Part shown: piece by piece, positions 35,675-47,996 of the stretch | How the letters are laid out: each line of letters begins with the position of its first letter | Position numbering within the stretch: the first letter of the stretch is position 1 | NCBI GenBank assembly: GCA_002269645.1 | Contig: NIVC01001103.1 | Span: forward strand, 62,001-126,000 | Reading direction: 5' to 3' | DNA: 64,000 nt | Source of the DNA: Macrostomum lignano | Taxonomy: Eukaryota | The notes under the pieces: generated by a model | What the model was told of the DNA's origin: nothing | Database searches by the model: none | The model's input: the letters and a program-made list of their open reading frames with translations, nothing else | Position numbers and translations under genes: made by a program

Positions 35675-38600
35675 AGACATTTGGTAGAGCATGTGGTGCG
35701 GCGGCACCGGCTGATAGTACTGGACTTGCATTGCAGTTACCGGGCTGTGTTGGTGAGATTCGGCTCAGTTGTGTTGTTGTTGTTGCTGCTGCTGCTTTGA
35801 CATGCGCAGCCTCGGCGCCGCTATTTATGAATGAGGCCGGCACAGCGGCCCGGGCGGGTGGGGAGCGGCCGGGGCGAGGTCAGGGGCGGGCCGGACAGCT
35901 GATTCACGGCGCTGGGCAACTGCTATTGGCTGCTGCCGCTGCTGCCGCTGCTGCTCAAAGGGGGTCTGGGTTAGAGGGAGCAGGCTAAGACAGGTAATGG
36001 GCGTCGGCGGAAGGGGCGGAGTGGGGGGCTGACGCGTGGCTGAGTACACTCAACATTTTCTGGGTAGGGGAAGGAGAGAGAGCTATCAACACTGCAGAAT
36101 GTTGGACTTGTGAGCAAAGAAGAGTAACGCAGACAGGCGGAGAGCGTAGAGCTTTCGCTTTCTTCTATCTAGTTTTGGTATCTGGCAACGCTTGACTAAC
36201 TAGCCATTGTTAGGCATTTGTGCCTGTTCTGTCTGACTGACTAACTGACTAATTCCCGCTGGGGCTGAATGAGGCAGTAAGGGCGGTCGGTCAAGGGCTC
36301 CCCCCAGTCTCTCTCACCTGGTTTGGCCGCGGCCGAGTCCGAGCTGGCCCGGCTGTGGGCCACTGTCGGCGGCTGCGGCGGTCGGGGTGGTCGGCGGGCG
36401 GAGAAAAACTCGACAATGTCGGCCGAGCGCCTGACGGGCTCTGGCAGTTCAACAAGCAACCTTGGAGGGTGGGAAGAGAAATGATAGGGCCGGGTGATGG
36501 CGATAAGGTAGCCGGGTGTTCCACATCTGAAAGGATTCCTAACACGCAGTCCCTGGTGCTTGTGAAACGGAAGGGAAGGCGGGCCCGGGACGTAGAGGGC
36601 TAACTAATAAATTCTAAGTGCTTATTTTCCTGCTTTTGTGTGTTTCCGACATCTGGATGACACTTATTCATGCACATAAAAATCTCCGACGGTCAATTAT
36701 CAATTTATTAGACCTGTTATTTATAAAGGTAGCTAAGTAGATTATATTCCTAAACTGTGGTCAACATAGCATTGTAATATAGCAAGTGCAAGAGGTCAAA
36801 GTGTAGGCACGGCAGGTAGGACAGAATCCAGTTGAGATACTATTTTTAGTAACAAAACTCTTCCCCCACCCGGGCAAGGAAGAGTCATGAGCAGTGGGGA
36901 GGGGACTATCCATATAGGGAACAGGGAGTGGGTATGGGCGGCAGAAAGTACCCGGCTTGTGCAGGGGCCCTCACCCCACCCCGGCAGATCAGTGCAGTCG
37001 TGCATTATTGAAACTATTACATTCTCTTCTAATCTTAACCCAGATAAGACTGGCATGCAAGAAATAATAATTGCAGAAATTATCTCTTCTAAGAAAGTTA
37101 CGAATGGAGACTTTTTTACTAAAAATAGTAACAAAACTGTATTAGAGATAACCAATATTGCCCAGACTTTTAAAAACTTAAAATACATGAAGAAATAAAA
37201 ATTTTCTAACAACAATAGAAAATAAAATAGGTTGAATAGCTGCTAGCACAGTCGGCAAAAGCCATCCGAAATAGAAATGGGTGGGAGTGACCCAAGCAAC
37301 AACATTCATACTGCAGGCACAGCGGGTGGGTCAATCACACAACACACGCACAGTTTGCTAATACCCACACTAGGGCAGCCTCCTCTGCCCTCGCACACAC
37401 ACACACACACCAACTCTGTATAGATAGATGGTCTGGGTCAGGTTCTGCAGGTTTTTGAGTCTGCACAATATGCAAAATAGCGCCTATTACTACAGAGCTA
37501 CCTGTTTACTTGAAGGCTCCAGAAAGGTGGGGGGGGGGCTTACGAGATGGGGCAGTGGCAGCCACAGGTTTAGCTGTTGGGCCCTAGTAGCAGCAGCAGC
37601 TCTCAATATCGACAGCAGCCTTGCGTATAGCGGAATAAACTGATGAGGCACACAGTTTACGTTGAGAAAGAAAGACGCCTGCCTAAAATACGCGAATTCC
37701 ATTCAGGTAAGAATTCGGCACACAGCCGGGGAGGCAGGGGGGGGGCAAGACCTCAATAATGAGACTTCTTCTTCTTTTTCTAGTTTAGTTGGCTCAGAAG
37801 AAGATCACAGGACTCAACTCCGTTGGCTGCGTGCCAAGTGCCCACTCCATAGTCAGCCGCCGCCTACACACTATACGAGGAATTCAAGGGGGTCACCCGT
37901 CCCCCCGTGACCCCGCGTGTTGACTTTGGCCAAGCAAGAAGCGATCCGGAAGCAGAAACAAACAGAGAACATGGCAAAGTAATTAGAAAAAGACAACTGA
38001 TGACTGTGGAACTGCCTAGCCTATTAACTAAACTTCTTAATCTCCCCCCAGATACAGAATTCGAACTATTCGAGTTGTTTATATAAGCGCAGAAATCTGA
38101 CTTGCTTTGAATAGAAATTCTTGATTTTTTGAGTGAGCAAATATTATGATTTCTGAATTCTGCTAACGGCTAACAGGCATTTATTAGGATGGCCGACAGT
38201 GATGACATGAAAAACTTCGAATGCTTTGCAAGTAAAACTAACTCATACTCGATCTTCTAAAGCTCAAAAAAATAATTCAAGGTTAACTTGCAGAACCCTA
38301 CTCAGCACCTAAAACACCGGTTGCAGAACCCTACTCAGCACCAAAGACACCAGTTGCAGAACCCTACTCAGCACCTAAAACACCGGTTGCAGAACCCTAC
38401 TCAGTACCCAAGATACCGGTTGCAGAACCCTACTCAGCACCAAAGACACCGGTTTCAGAACCCTACTCAGCACCCAAGATACCGGTTGCAGAACCCTACA
38501 GCACCTAAAACACCGGTTGCAGAACCCTACTCAGCACCTAAAACACCGGTTGCAGAACCCTACAGCACCAAAGACACCGGTTTCAGAACCCTACTCAGCA

Positions 38601-40719
38601 CCCAAGATACCGGTTGCAGAACCCTACAGCACCTAAAACACCGGTTGCAGAACCCTACTCAGCACCTAAAACACCGGTTGCAGAACCCTACAGCACCCAA
38701 GACACCGGTTGCAGAACCCTACAGCACCAAAGACACCGGTTGCAGAACCCTACTAAGCACCCAAGATACCGGTTGCAGAACCCTACAGCACCAAAGACAC
38801 CGGTTGCAGAACCCTACTCAGCACCCAAGATACCGGTTGCAGAACCCTACAGCACCTAAAACACCGGTTGCAGAACCCTACTCAGCACCTAAAACACCGG
38901 TTGCAGAACCCTACTCAGCACCTAAAACTCCGGTTGCAGAACCCTACTCAGCACCTAAAACACCGGTTGCAGAACCCTACTCAGTACCCAAGATACCGGT
39001 TGCAGAACCCTACTCAGCACCAAAGACACCGGTTTCAGAACCCTACTCAGCACCCAAGATACCGGTTGCAGAACCCTACAGCACCTAAAACACCGGTTGC
39101 AGAACCCTACTCAGCACCTAAAACACCGGTTGCAGAACCCTACAGCACCCAAGACACCGGTTGCAGAACCCTACAGCACCAAAGACACCGGTTGCAGAAC
39201 CCTACTCAGCACCCAAGATACCGGTTGCAGAACCCTACAGCACCTAAAACACCGGTTGCAGAACCCTACTCAGCACCTAAAACACCGGTTGCAGAACCCT
39301 ACAGCACCCAAGACACCGGTTGCAGAACCCTACAGCACCAAAGACACCGGTTGCAGAACCCTACTCAGCACCCAAGATACCGGTTGCAGAACCCTACAGC
39401 ACCAAAGACACCGGTTGCAGAACCCTACTCAGCACCCAAGATACCGGTTGCAGAACCCTACAGCACCTAAAACACCGGTTGCAGAACCCTACTTAGCACC
39501 TAAAACACCGGTTGCAGAACCCTACTCAGCACCTAAAACTCCGGTTGCAGAACCCTACAGCACCAAAGACACCGGTTGCAGAACCCTACTCAGCACCCAA
39601 GATACCGGTTGCAGAACCCTACAGCACCAAAGACACCGGTTGCAGAACCCTACTTAGCACCTAGAACACCGGTTGCAGAACCCTACTCAGCACCAAAAAC
39701 ACCGGTTGCAGAACCCTACAGCACCTAAAACACCGGTTGCAGAACCCTACTCAGCACCTAGAACACCGGTTGCAGAACCCTAATCAGCACCAAAAACACC
39801 GGTTGCAAAACCCTACTCAGCACCTAAAACATGGGCTTGACCTGCGATTGTCATTCCGCAACTCACCGAAGCAACATCTGCACGGCACTGGTGACGGACT
39901 CAGCGCTGAGCCGGGACGCCAGCTTGCCTCTGTTGAGCAGGCCGTCCAGCAGGGGAATTCGGGCAGCCTGCTGAGTCCGCAGATGCGGCTGCACCTGTGA
40001 TTGAGTTTTCACAGTTGGAAACAAGCACGACAGGATGATGACATCGTAACGGTATAGATTTTAGCTTATTCTTGAGCATTTTCTCAATCCAAAATTCCGT
40101 CTAAAAGTCAATGAGAAAATCTTCCTCTTTGAGTTAACTTCCCGTTGGGAACTGAATCCCAGCTGAAATCTTGGGCAATCCGACCCGTGCGTGGGCCGAG
40201 TCCTAATTGAAAACCTGCCAAGTACCTGCCAGTCTGTCCAGTCCTTATCAGATTTTGCTGGATTATAAACCAAAACCTCCTTCAACTACTGTCATTCCAT
40301 GACTGCGATGGATGAACAGTTTAAGTCCGTGTTATAGTTTTTCAGCATTTACTTTTCTCGCAAGAGTCGCCCGATTGCAAAGTAATCGAGCCAACTACAA
40401 TTGTACTTCTATACCCAAAGTCATAAATTATATTTTTCGCCAATAGAGATAATGTTTTTTTATAAACTCAACGGCGAAAATAAGGCAAAACGTGCAGTAA
40501 AAATAAACAGAGAGTCGGATTCAAATGCACCCAGAGGCAGTGAGGAGCGAATATATCTATTTAGCACCTAAATATCATCTCGGGGGCCGCATCTTACGCT
40601 CAGAAACTCTCGCAAACTGACAGAATATTGCGGGTGAGAAGAGGGCGGCCACCTCCCTCCCTCTCCTCTGGCGACAATTGAGTTAGTTCGCATTGAGCAT
40701 TGTTGCTCAATCTGTGCCA

Positions 40720-40759
<40 letters not shown>

Positions 40760-43700
40760 CGCTCGATCTTTCGAAGAGCCGACCCTGATGAAAGAAAAGA
40801 CCCAGCGGCTGGTCCGCAGCTTCTTCATTCTTTTGATGGCGGCTTGAAATTAACTCAGCCCAACCCCCACCTGCAAAGCGCTGACAGGTGCGACAAACTG
40901 GATTTCATACAGCGAAAAATAGATTTGACAGTTTGCCCAGGCCTGGACAGACTGGGGCAGGCGGCGTGCAGCTTCTCAGATGAAGCTATTCATTTATTCA
41001 TTCATTCACACGCCGCATGCTGAGAATACTTTAATTTTTGACCCACTGACAGGCACGCGCTATAATAGTTAGAATGCTGAAATTCTCAGAGTTGCTATGC
41101 TCGTATTGTAAAAAAAATTGGACACTTCATCAGACAGACTAACTGTGCGTGAAATTAGTGATCTGGTTTAATTAAACCAGCAATACGGCTTGTTGTCTAT
41201 GGCTTACAGCAATTACAGCACTTTTCAGACCCCTTAGAGAAGTATACTACATAATAACCTCTAATTTCGTCTTCTATGGAAAAGAAAGTCCGAGGATGCA
41301 CTTTATCAGGCCGAGGCGAAGCCGGGGTCTGAGAATAGCGTCCGAGGGCTTTCTACCATAGAACACGAAACTAGTGAAACTAGAACACGACGGGAGCGGA
41401 GTGCGTTGGCGTTGCCAAGCTTGTGTATATGGTTTTGGAGGTAGACAATGATTGTCTTTAACAGTATTGACAGTATTGTCTTTTTCAACAGAAAAGAAAG
41501 GCCTCGTTAAACGATACATTATATAGTTTTAGTAAAGAAGGTTAATAAGAAAGACTATAGAATTAAAAGCAAATATTTAAATAAAACTCTGCTTCTCTTT
41601 CTTCTGCTCAGTGAGGAAGAGGAAAGGGAAGGCGCGGGTGCCGCTCGGCTGTGTGTGTGGAATTCTGCCGGCATCAACTGACACGCAATAAAACACGTCA
41701 GGTAAGGCAATACAAGGTTGGCAGTGCAATTTTACCTTAGCGTAGAGGGCCAGCAGGTCCGACAGGCTTCTGACAATTTCAGAACGGACACTGCCGGGCC
41801 AGAGAGTCGCCTGCAAGTGCAAGTGTGCGGAAGCTGAGGCTGAGTCGGGAGTTGCATGGCATAATTGAGGCGCAGGCAGAGAGGGAGAGGCTGGGGGTGA
41901 AACGGGGCCGCGGGAGACCTGATCACGTGAATGAGGGAAGGGGTTGCTTTTTACCAAACGGAGCGGGAACGCTCTTTTAGTGGTCAGTCCGTCTACCTGC
42001 CTTCCTCTCTGCACCTGCCGTAGCTATTGATTCAACACAGCCAACAGCCAGCTAAAACATGTAATTGACCCCCCCCCATAAAATGATTTGTTATTCCCAA
42101 TTGACTTGACAAGTAGCCCCATGCTATTTCTTACTTTCTACTGGCAGTAGCTGAGGAAGATATTTTCAGCAAATAAATTGAATGAAAATTTCTTATTGGC
42201 CCACCACTTACGTGGATGCAGAACGGCGCGTCGAGGCCGACAGAGCCGACGGGAGCGGAGTGCGTCGGCGTCGCCAGGCTGGCCTGACGCAGGCACAGAC
42301 CTGCGGGTTGTTGGGAGTGTCAACTACTTGAGCGCTCAGCTACTTTTTCGGTGGTACGCAGAGGGGTCCAATGGAGCCACACCAAAGGGACTGACACTGA
42401 AGTGACTGACACTGAAGTGACTGACACTGAAGTGACTGACACCGAAGGGACTGACACCGAAGTGACTGACACTGAAGTGACTGACACCGAAGGGACTGAC
42501 ACTGAAGTGACTGACACTGAAGTGACTGACACTGAAGTGACTGACACTGAAGTGACTGACACTGAAGTGACTGACACCGAAGAGACTGACACTGAAGTGA
42601 CTGACACCGAAGGGACTGAAACTGAAGTGACTGACACCGAAGGGACTGACACTGAAGTGACTGATACCGAAGGGACTGACACTGAAGTGACTGACACTGA
42701 AGTGACTGACACTGAAGTGACTGACACTGAAGTGACTGACACTGAAGTGACTGACACCGAAGAGACTGACACTGAAGTGACTGACACTGAAGTGACTGAC
42801 ACTGAAGTGACTGACACTGAAGTGACTGACACTGAAGTGACTGACACCGAAGAGACTGACACTGAAGTGACTGACACCGAAGGGACTGAAACTGAAGTGA
42901 CTGACACCGAAGGGACTGACACTGAAGTGACTGATACCGAAGGGACTGACACTGAAGTGACTGACACTGAAGTGACTGACACTGAAGTGACTGACACTGA
43001 AGTGACTGACACTGAAGTGACTGACACCGAAGAGACTGACACTGAAGTGACTGACACCGAAGGGACTGAAACTGAAGTGACTGACACCGAAGGGACTGAC
43101 ACTGAAGTGACTGATACCGAAGGGACTGACACTGAAGTGACTGACACTGAAGTGACTGACACTGAAGTGACTGACACTGAAGTGACTGACACTGAAGTGA
43201 CTGACACTGAAGTGACTGACACTGAAGTGACTGACACTGAAGTGACTGACACTGAAGGGACTGACACTGAAGTGACTGACACCGAAGGGATTGACACTGA
43301 AGTGACTGACACCGAAGGGACTGACACTGAAGTGACTGACACTGAAGTGACTGACACTGAAGTGACTGACACTGAAGTGACTGACGCTGAAGTGACTGAC
43401 GCTGAAGTGACTGACACCGAAGGGACTGACACTGAAGTGACTGACACCGAAGGGACTGACACTGAAGTGACTGACACTGAAGTGACTGACACCGAAGGGA
43501 CTGACACTGAAGGGACTGACACTGAAGTGACTGACACCGAAGTGACTGACACTGAAGTGACTGACACTGAAGCGACTGACACTGAAGTGACTGACACTGA
43601 AGTGACTGACACTGAAGTGACTGACACTGAAGTGACTGACACTGAAGGGACTGACACCGAAGGGACTGACACTGAAGTGACTGACACTGAAGTGACTGAC

Positions 43701-45457
43701 ACTGAAGTGACTGACACTGAAGTGACTGACACTGAAGTGACTGACACTGAAGTGACTGACACTGAAGGGACTGACACCGAAGGGACTGACACTGAAGTGA
43801 CTGACACTGAAGCAAAGCATTGGCCTGGCACTCCTCACCCGGATAAGCAGCAGTTCCAGTCCGTTGCTTCTTTGGTCTGCTGCCCGGCGGTCTTCTAGCT
43901 TCGACATCGAGTTCGGTGGCATCCGACAGTCGTCTCTGCCGCCAGTGCTGCATCAGAGCCGTTATCATCGGCGGCAGAGGCGGAGCCGTGCCGAGCCAAG
44001 CAGATTCATCGGCAGCGGCGGTTGTGACGGCGGTGGCAGATCGGGAGCGCAGTCGATGACCAGCCACCGTTGGCGTTGTCGACGCCGCAGCGGCCGCGCC
44101 AGACTGTCGAAGTGTACAGTCTGAACAGCAGACGGCTTCGGGGTTCGAATCCTGTTTGAAAATTAAACCGAAGTTTGACTTGATTTTGAGCTATAGAAAT
44201 ATTTTATTTGGTGACTACTGTGAGTAGTTGAAATCTACAATATTGCCAGTTTGACTAAAACTTTACCGACAATAAATCAAATAAATCAAATAAATCAAAC
44301 TTGCTGTACGACGGGAGAAATTTGCGCGATGGGAGGAATTTAACTTGATTATAGCTGCCTGCCAATAAAGGACCCTGTGCAAGTAGTGGTCTGGTTTCTA
44401 AAAAGTCTACTAACAAGTAGCAAGACAAGAATATAAGGCTAGCCAATCTTTCATAGTTTGTGTTAAGGGTTGGACACTGATAGTTAAATAAATAGAACCT
44501 ATAGAACGGGTGTGTGCCCAGGGCCGGGCCTAGATCTAAGCGACTAAGACTATCAGAAAAAGAGCGAGGACCCAGAAACCGTTTCTCCTCTATTGCTAGA
44601 AGTCCGATAATAATAAAAATAATTGATTACACCTGCCCCAATGGACAGACGTACAACCGACAGCTCAGCCGCAGCTATGGGGGGGGGGTCGCCACACACG
44701 CCCTCAGTTACCCCAGCTAATGCTGGCACCCATTTTACAGCTGGGTGAACTGAAGCAATGCAGAGTTAAGGTGACTTGCTCAAGGACACAAATTTTTCCT
44801 GAGGGATCAGGAATCGAACCCCCGACCTATCAGTCGTGCGTCTGACGCTGTAACCCCCAGAAACCGGAGCAGCTGTTAAATAGAGGGACGAACCCTAGCA
44901 AGAGCCAGCCGGCTGGCCAGGGCCCGCTGCACCGGCAGCATTCGCAGTCGGCTGGCGAACGGCAGCGCCGGCTGTCGCAGGGCCAGCGCGCCAACCAGGC
45001 AAGCGTGACGCAGGAGGCCACCGTCATTACCACCGGATGCATCGCCTGCGGCGTTAGTGGCGCGCTGAAGATCCAGCCGGGCGAGCCAGTCGGCCAGCAG
45101 GCGGCCGCAGTCTGCGTTGTCGGGCCGCACCAGAGCCAGGGCCAGCGTCAGGCGGCACAGCGCGGCATCGACGACGGCGCCGCCGCCGCTGCCACCCGCC
45201 TCGGGCTCGGTCAATCGGAGTAGCTCGGCTGGCGAGTTGACGCGAGCTTCGGCTTCGCGCAATTCAATGGTGCCGGCGCCGGCATCGGCGGCAGCTGCGG
45301 ACCAGGTGGCTAAAAACCGGAGCTCGAGAGGTGCACAATTGAGCAGCAGCGAGCTGAGCAGTTCGATGCGCTCGTGCGGCTCCAGGCGGCTGCTGAACCA
45401 ATTCAGAACAGAGTCGGGGGTCGGGTCGCTGGTGTCGTTGTTGTGACTGTTAGACAT
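34598..45457 (-). CDS. ZCCHC14: ZCCHC14/ZCCHC2-like protein (N-terminal Smaug-like domain, PX-like domain, Pro/Gln-rich region, RNA-binding SAM)
   Basis: Exon 1 NWFSSRLEPHERIELLSSLLLNCAPLELRFLAT matches the ZCCHC14 WF...R.EFL..LL..C.PLELRFL motif. Phase-consistent GT-AG exons at 44120-43839, 42300-42212, 41918-41736, 39994-39867 and 36460-36318 build a PX-like domain (LWPGSVRSEIVRS...LVELPEPVRRSADIVEFFS). SAM WLKTHRMHKY...TQGAIKK lies at ~35110-34930. The 3' exon structure is uncertain. Confidence 0.72.
38288..39826. repeat. 31/33-bp minisatellite (intronic)
   Basis: CCGGTTGCAGAACCCTAC(TC)AGCACCTAAAACA units. Confidence 0.95.
40723..40753. repeat. (GA)n microsatellite
   Basis: About 15 GA units. 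Confidence 0.9.
42389..43811. repeat. 15-bp minisatellite, ~95 copies (intronic)
   Basis: GACTGACACTGAAGT units; variant cassettes recur at 42577, 42847 and 43027. Confidence 0.95.
44678..44855 (-). mobile_element. tRNA-derived CORE-like SINE, second copy
   Basis: Reverse complement of 15871-16043 (..CAGCTGGGTGAACTGAAGCAATGCAGAGTTAAG..GCTCAAGGACAC..GGAATCGAACCCCCGACC). Confidence 0.7.
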
Positions 45458-47996
45458 TTCAGCTAAAACTGGACTCGCAAAGACTGAGCGACTGAGTTCG
45501 ACGTTGGCTAGTTTAGGACTCAGAATTCAAATTGGCTCCCCTGGCTGCAGCGGACGACAATGGTGGTGGGGGTCGGGGCGTCGCCGCGCGCTCTACCCCA
45601 AACAGAGGCCTCCTGTAGTGGCGACTCGTTAAGGGGCCTGAAAGTATAAATTTTAGCGATAATGCTACAAAATCTGCTGACTAAGTTTATATCAGAAGCA
45701 GCAAAAAGACTGTGCTAACATGATGATTTCCACATCTGAAGATCAATTCAAAGTGAATAAAAGTAAAACAATATTTACAGGACCTCCAGCAGAAAATTTC
45801 AAAGATATCTATTGAAATGCTATATCAATTAAAAAAGTGCAAAATGTTGGGAAAAGATATAAACAAAAGCTGAAAATCAGTAGTTAAAACTCTAGCTATA
45901 GGTTTTTTAAAGAAAAGCTTGAAAAATAATTCTAGACAATAGTTATAATTTAATATACAACTGCAACATTTGAACTAATTTTAAAATCAGCTTTTTTAGG
46001 TATTATCAATTAAATACTTTTCAATTTAAGTAGTTCTAAAATAGTATGCTTAAAGTAATAGTTTTGAAAACCTTAGTGATAACACTTACAAAGTAAGGAA
46101 GTAAATCACAGCAATTTTTCTGGTGCAAGCATAGCTATTTTGTGATATGCTTTAAAATTACAAAGAAACTATAAACTGTACACTCTTCATATAAAAAACA
46201 TAAGTAAACCTAAGTATAGATGTTAAATAATATAATAAGATGTGTGTAAACATGTATGCATACAATGCCATACACATATGTGTACACGATTCTAATAATT
46301 GTGTATGCTTTTCTAAAAAAGTATGGACTACAAGAAATATTTTAAATACGAAAAACAGTCCTACTACATAAAAACTCATCATCTACAATCATCAAGCAAT
46401 AAAATTTATAACTAAGTTTACCAAAATTTATTTCCCAAACTGGGCAAAAATTTTGGGATTTATTAATGAAATAATCTTGATAAAGTTTTAGAAAAAATTT
46501 ATTTATTTTTTCATAAGATGAGCCACCAAATTATTATGTTTTACCTATTTCAAAGCATCTACAATAATATTTGACCAGACTACAAGCGACCTTTCTTCGA
46601 ACGACTGCTTTTAAAGTATTAATATGTTTTACCGCGCATAATAATTAACCTCTTAAAAATAAATTAAAACAAGAAAAACATTTAAAAACAGCATTTCTTT
46701 CGCTTATTATATGATGGAAACTTTTGATTACAAGTTGCGTTGAAAACTTTGTTTTACTGCGTAACTTTTTTGTTTTTTAAACTTTGTTTGTGGCTACAAT
46801 TATTATATACTCTCTCTCTTATATGGGCCTTTTCATATTGCTTGTTCTGGTTCTAGAACCAGATCTAATTTGTAAAGTATATCTTTTTCTCTCCTTAACT
46901 AGAGGACTAGAGGGATGTACGTGCTTTAAAGTTGTAATTATTGTATTGCAATAGCCAAGAAGAAAAGTTATACTGCTTTTTTCTCGGAAGATCCGAACCG
47001 ATTCTGGTTCTGGAATCGGTAGTGTGAAAACCCTATATATATCGAAGATGAATGGCAACAAAATGTTAGTTTTGTTTTTTTATGTAGGAGACTTTTTTCT
47101 CGCTTTTACTCTTTTGCTGTATCACTCACTTCCTAGTGTTTTGAATTAACGTACCCGCTTAAAAATCTCTAGCGTTCAGAATTACTAAAATCGATATAGT
47201 AGCATTTAGCGGCTTCCTTGCATACATGTATACATCTCGCTTCTATATGTACATGTACTGTAAATAAGTATAGTCTTCTTGATTCATTACTCTGATTTAA
47301 AAGAATTTTTCGTCTGCAAATATGAATTTATCAGAAAAAAATCGTGCACATGTAGTATCTACAAATAATTTATGCAACAACAAACGGCGCTATGCATGTA
47401 CTAAGAACATTGAACAGAAAGTACTACACATTTTTGCAGGAAATGAAATCGTGCTCGCCCTAAGACTGACTGTGATTACTGGGCAAAGTGTAAAACGAAA
47501 AGAAAATAACCTATTAATTAGGTTCTTTAAGTACAGCTGTAATTTAGAAATGTGATAAACTTCAACTAAGTGTTTTTTTCACAAGAAAAAAAGTTAGCTG
47601 CATGCCATTAAATAACAGTCCAATTAAGTTCGCGAGTCCGAGACACAGACATTGCATCGTAATTTACGGCTTGGTAACTAATAGCGGATCGATAGCTCCG
47701 CGAAGCAAATAAAAAGACCATGTTTGCAGTATCATGATGTCGCCCCTAATTATTTGCTCAACTTCAGCACACTATACCATCCAATTTCCAGGTACTGGAA
47801 CACTGTCAATAGATTGCGAAAAACTTCGAAGTCCGACTGACACGTCTTTGCAGTCTGGATCGATTGAAACATCACCGAGAACGGTGACAGGCGTTCTCAG
47901 TCAGTCTCACTATGAGAAAAAATCCACTTCCGGCCCAATCTTCTTGGAGCCCAATTATTCTTATCCAGAAAAGTATAAATGGTATAGTAAAATTGG

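Noticed and set aside
38288-39657. APKTPVAEPYS repeat proteins
   Set aside because: Intronic 31/33-bp array whose mixed unit lengths shift frame constantly.
42320-43922. 500+ aa mucin-like ORFs (TDTEV, SVTSV, SHFSV)
   Set aside because: These are translations of a stop-free 15-bp array lying between phase-consistent exons of the ZCCHC14-like gene.
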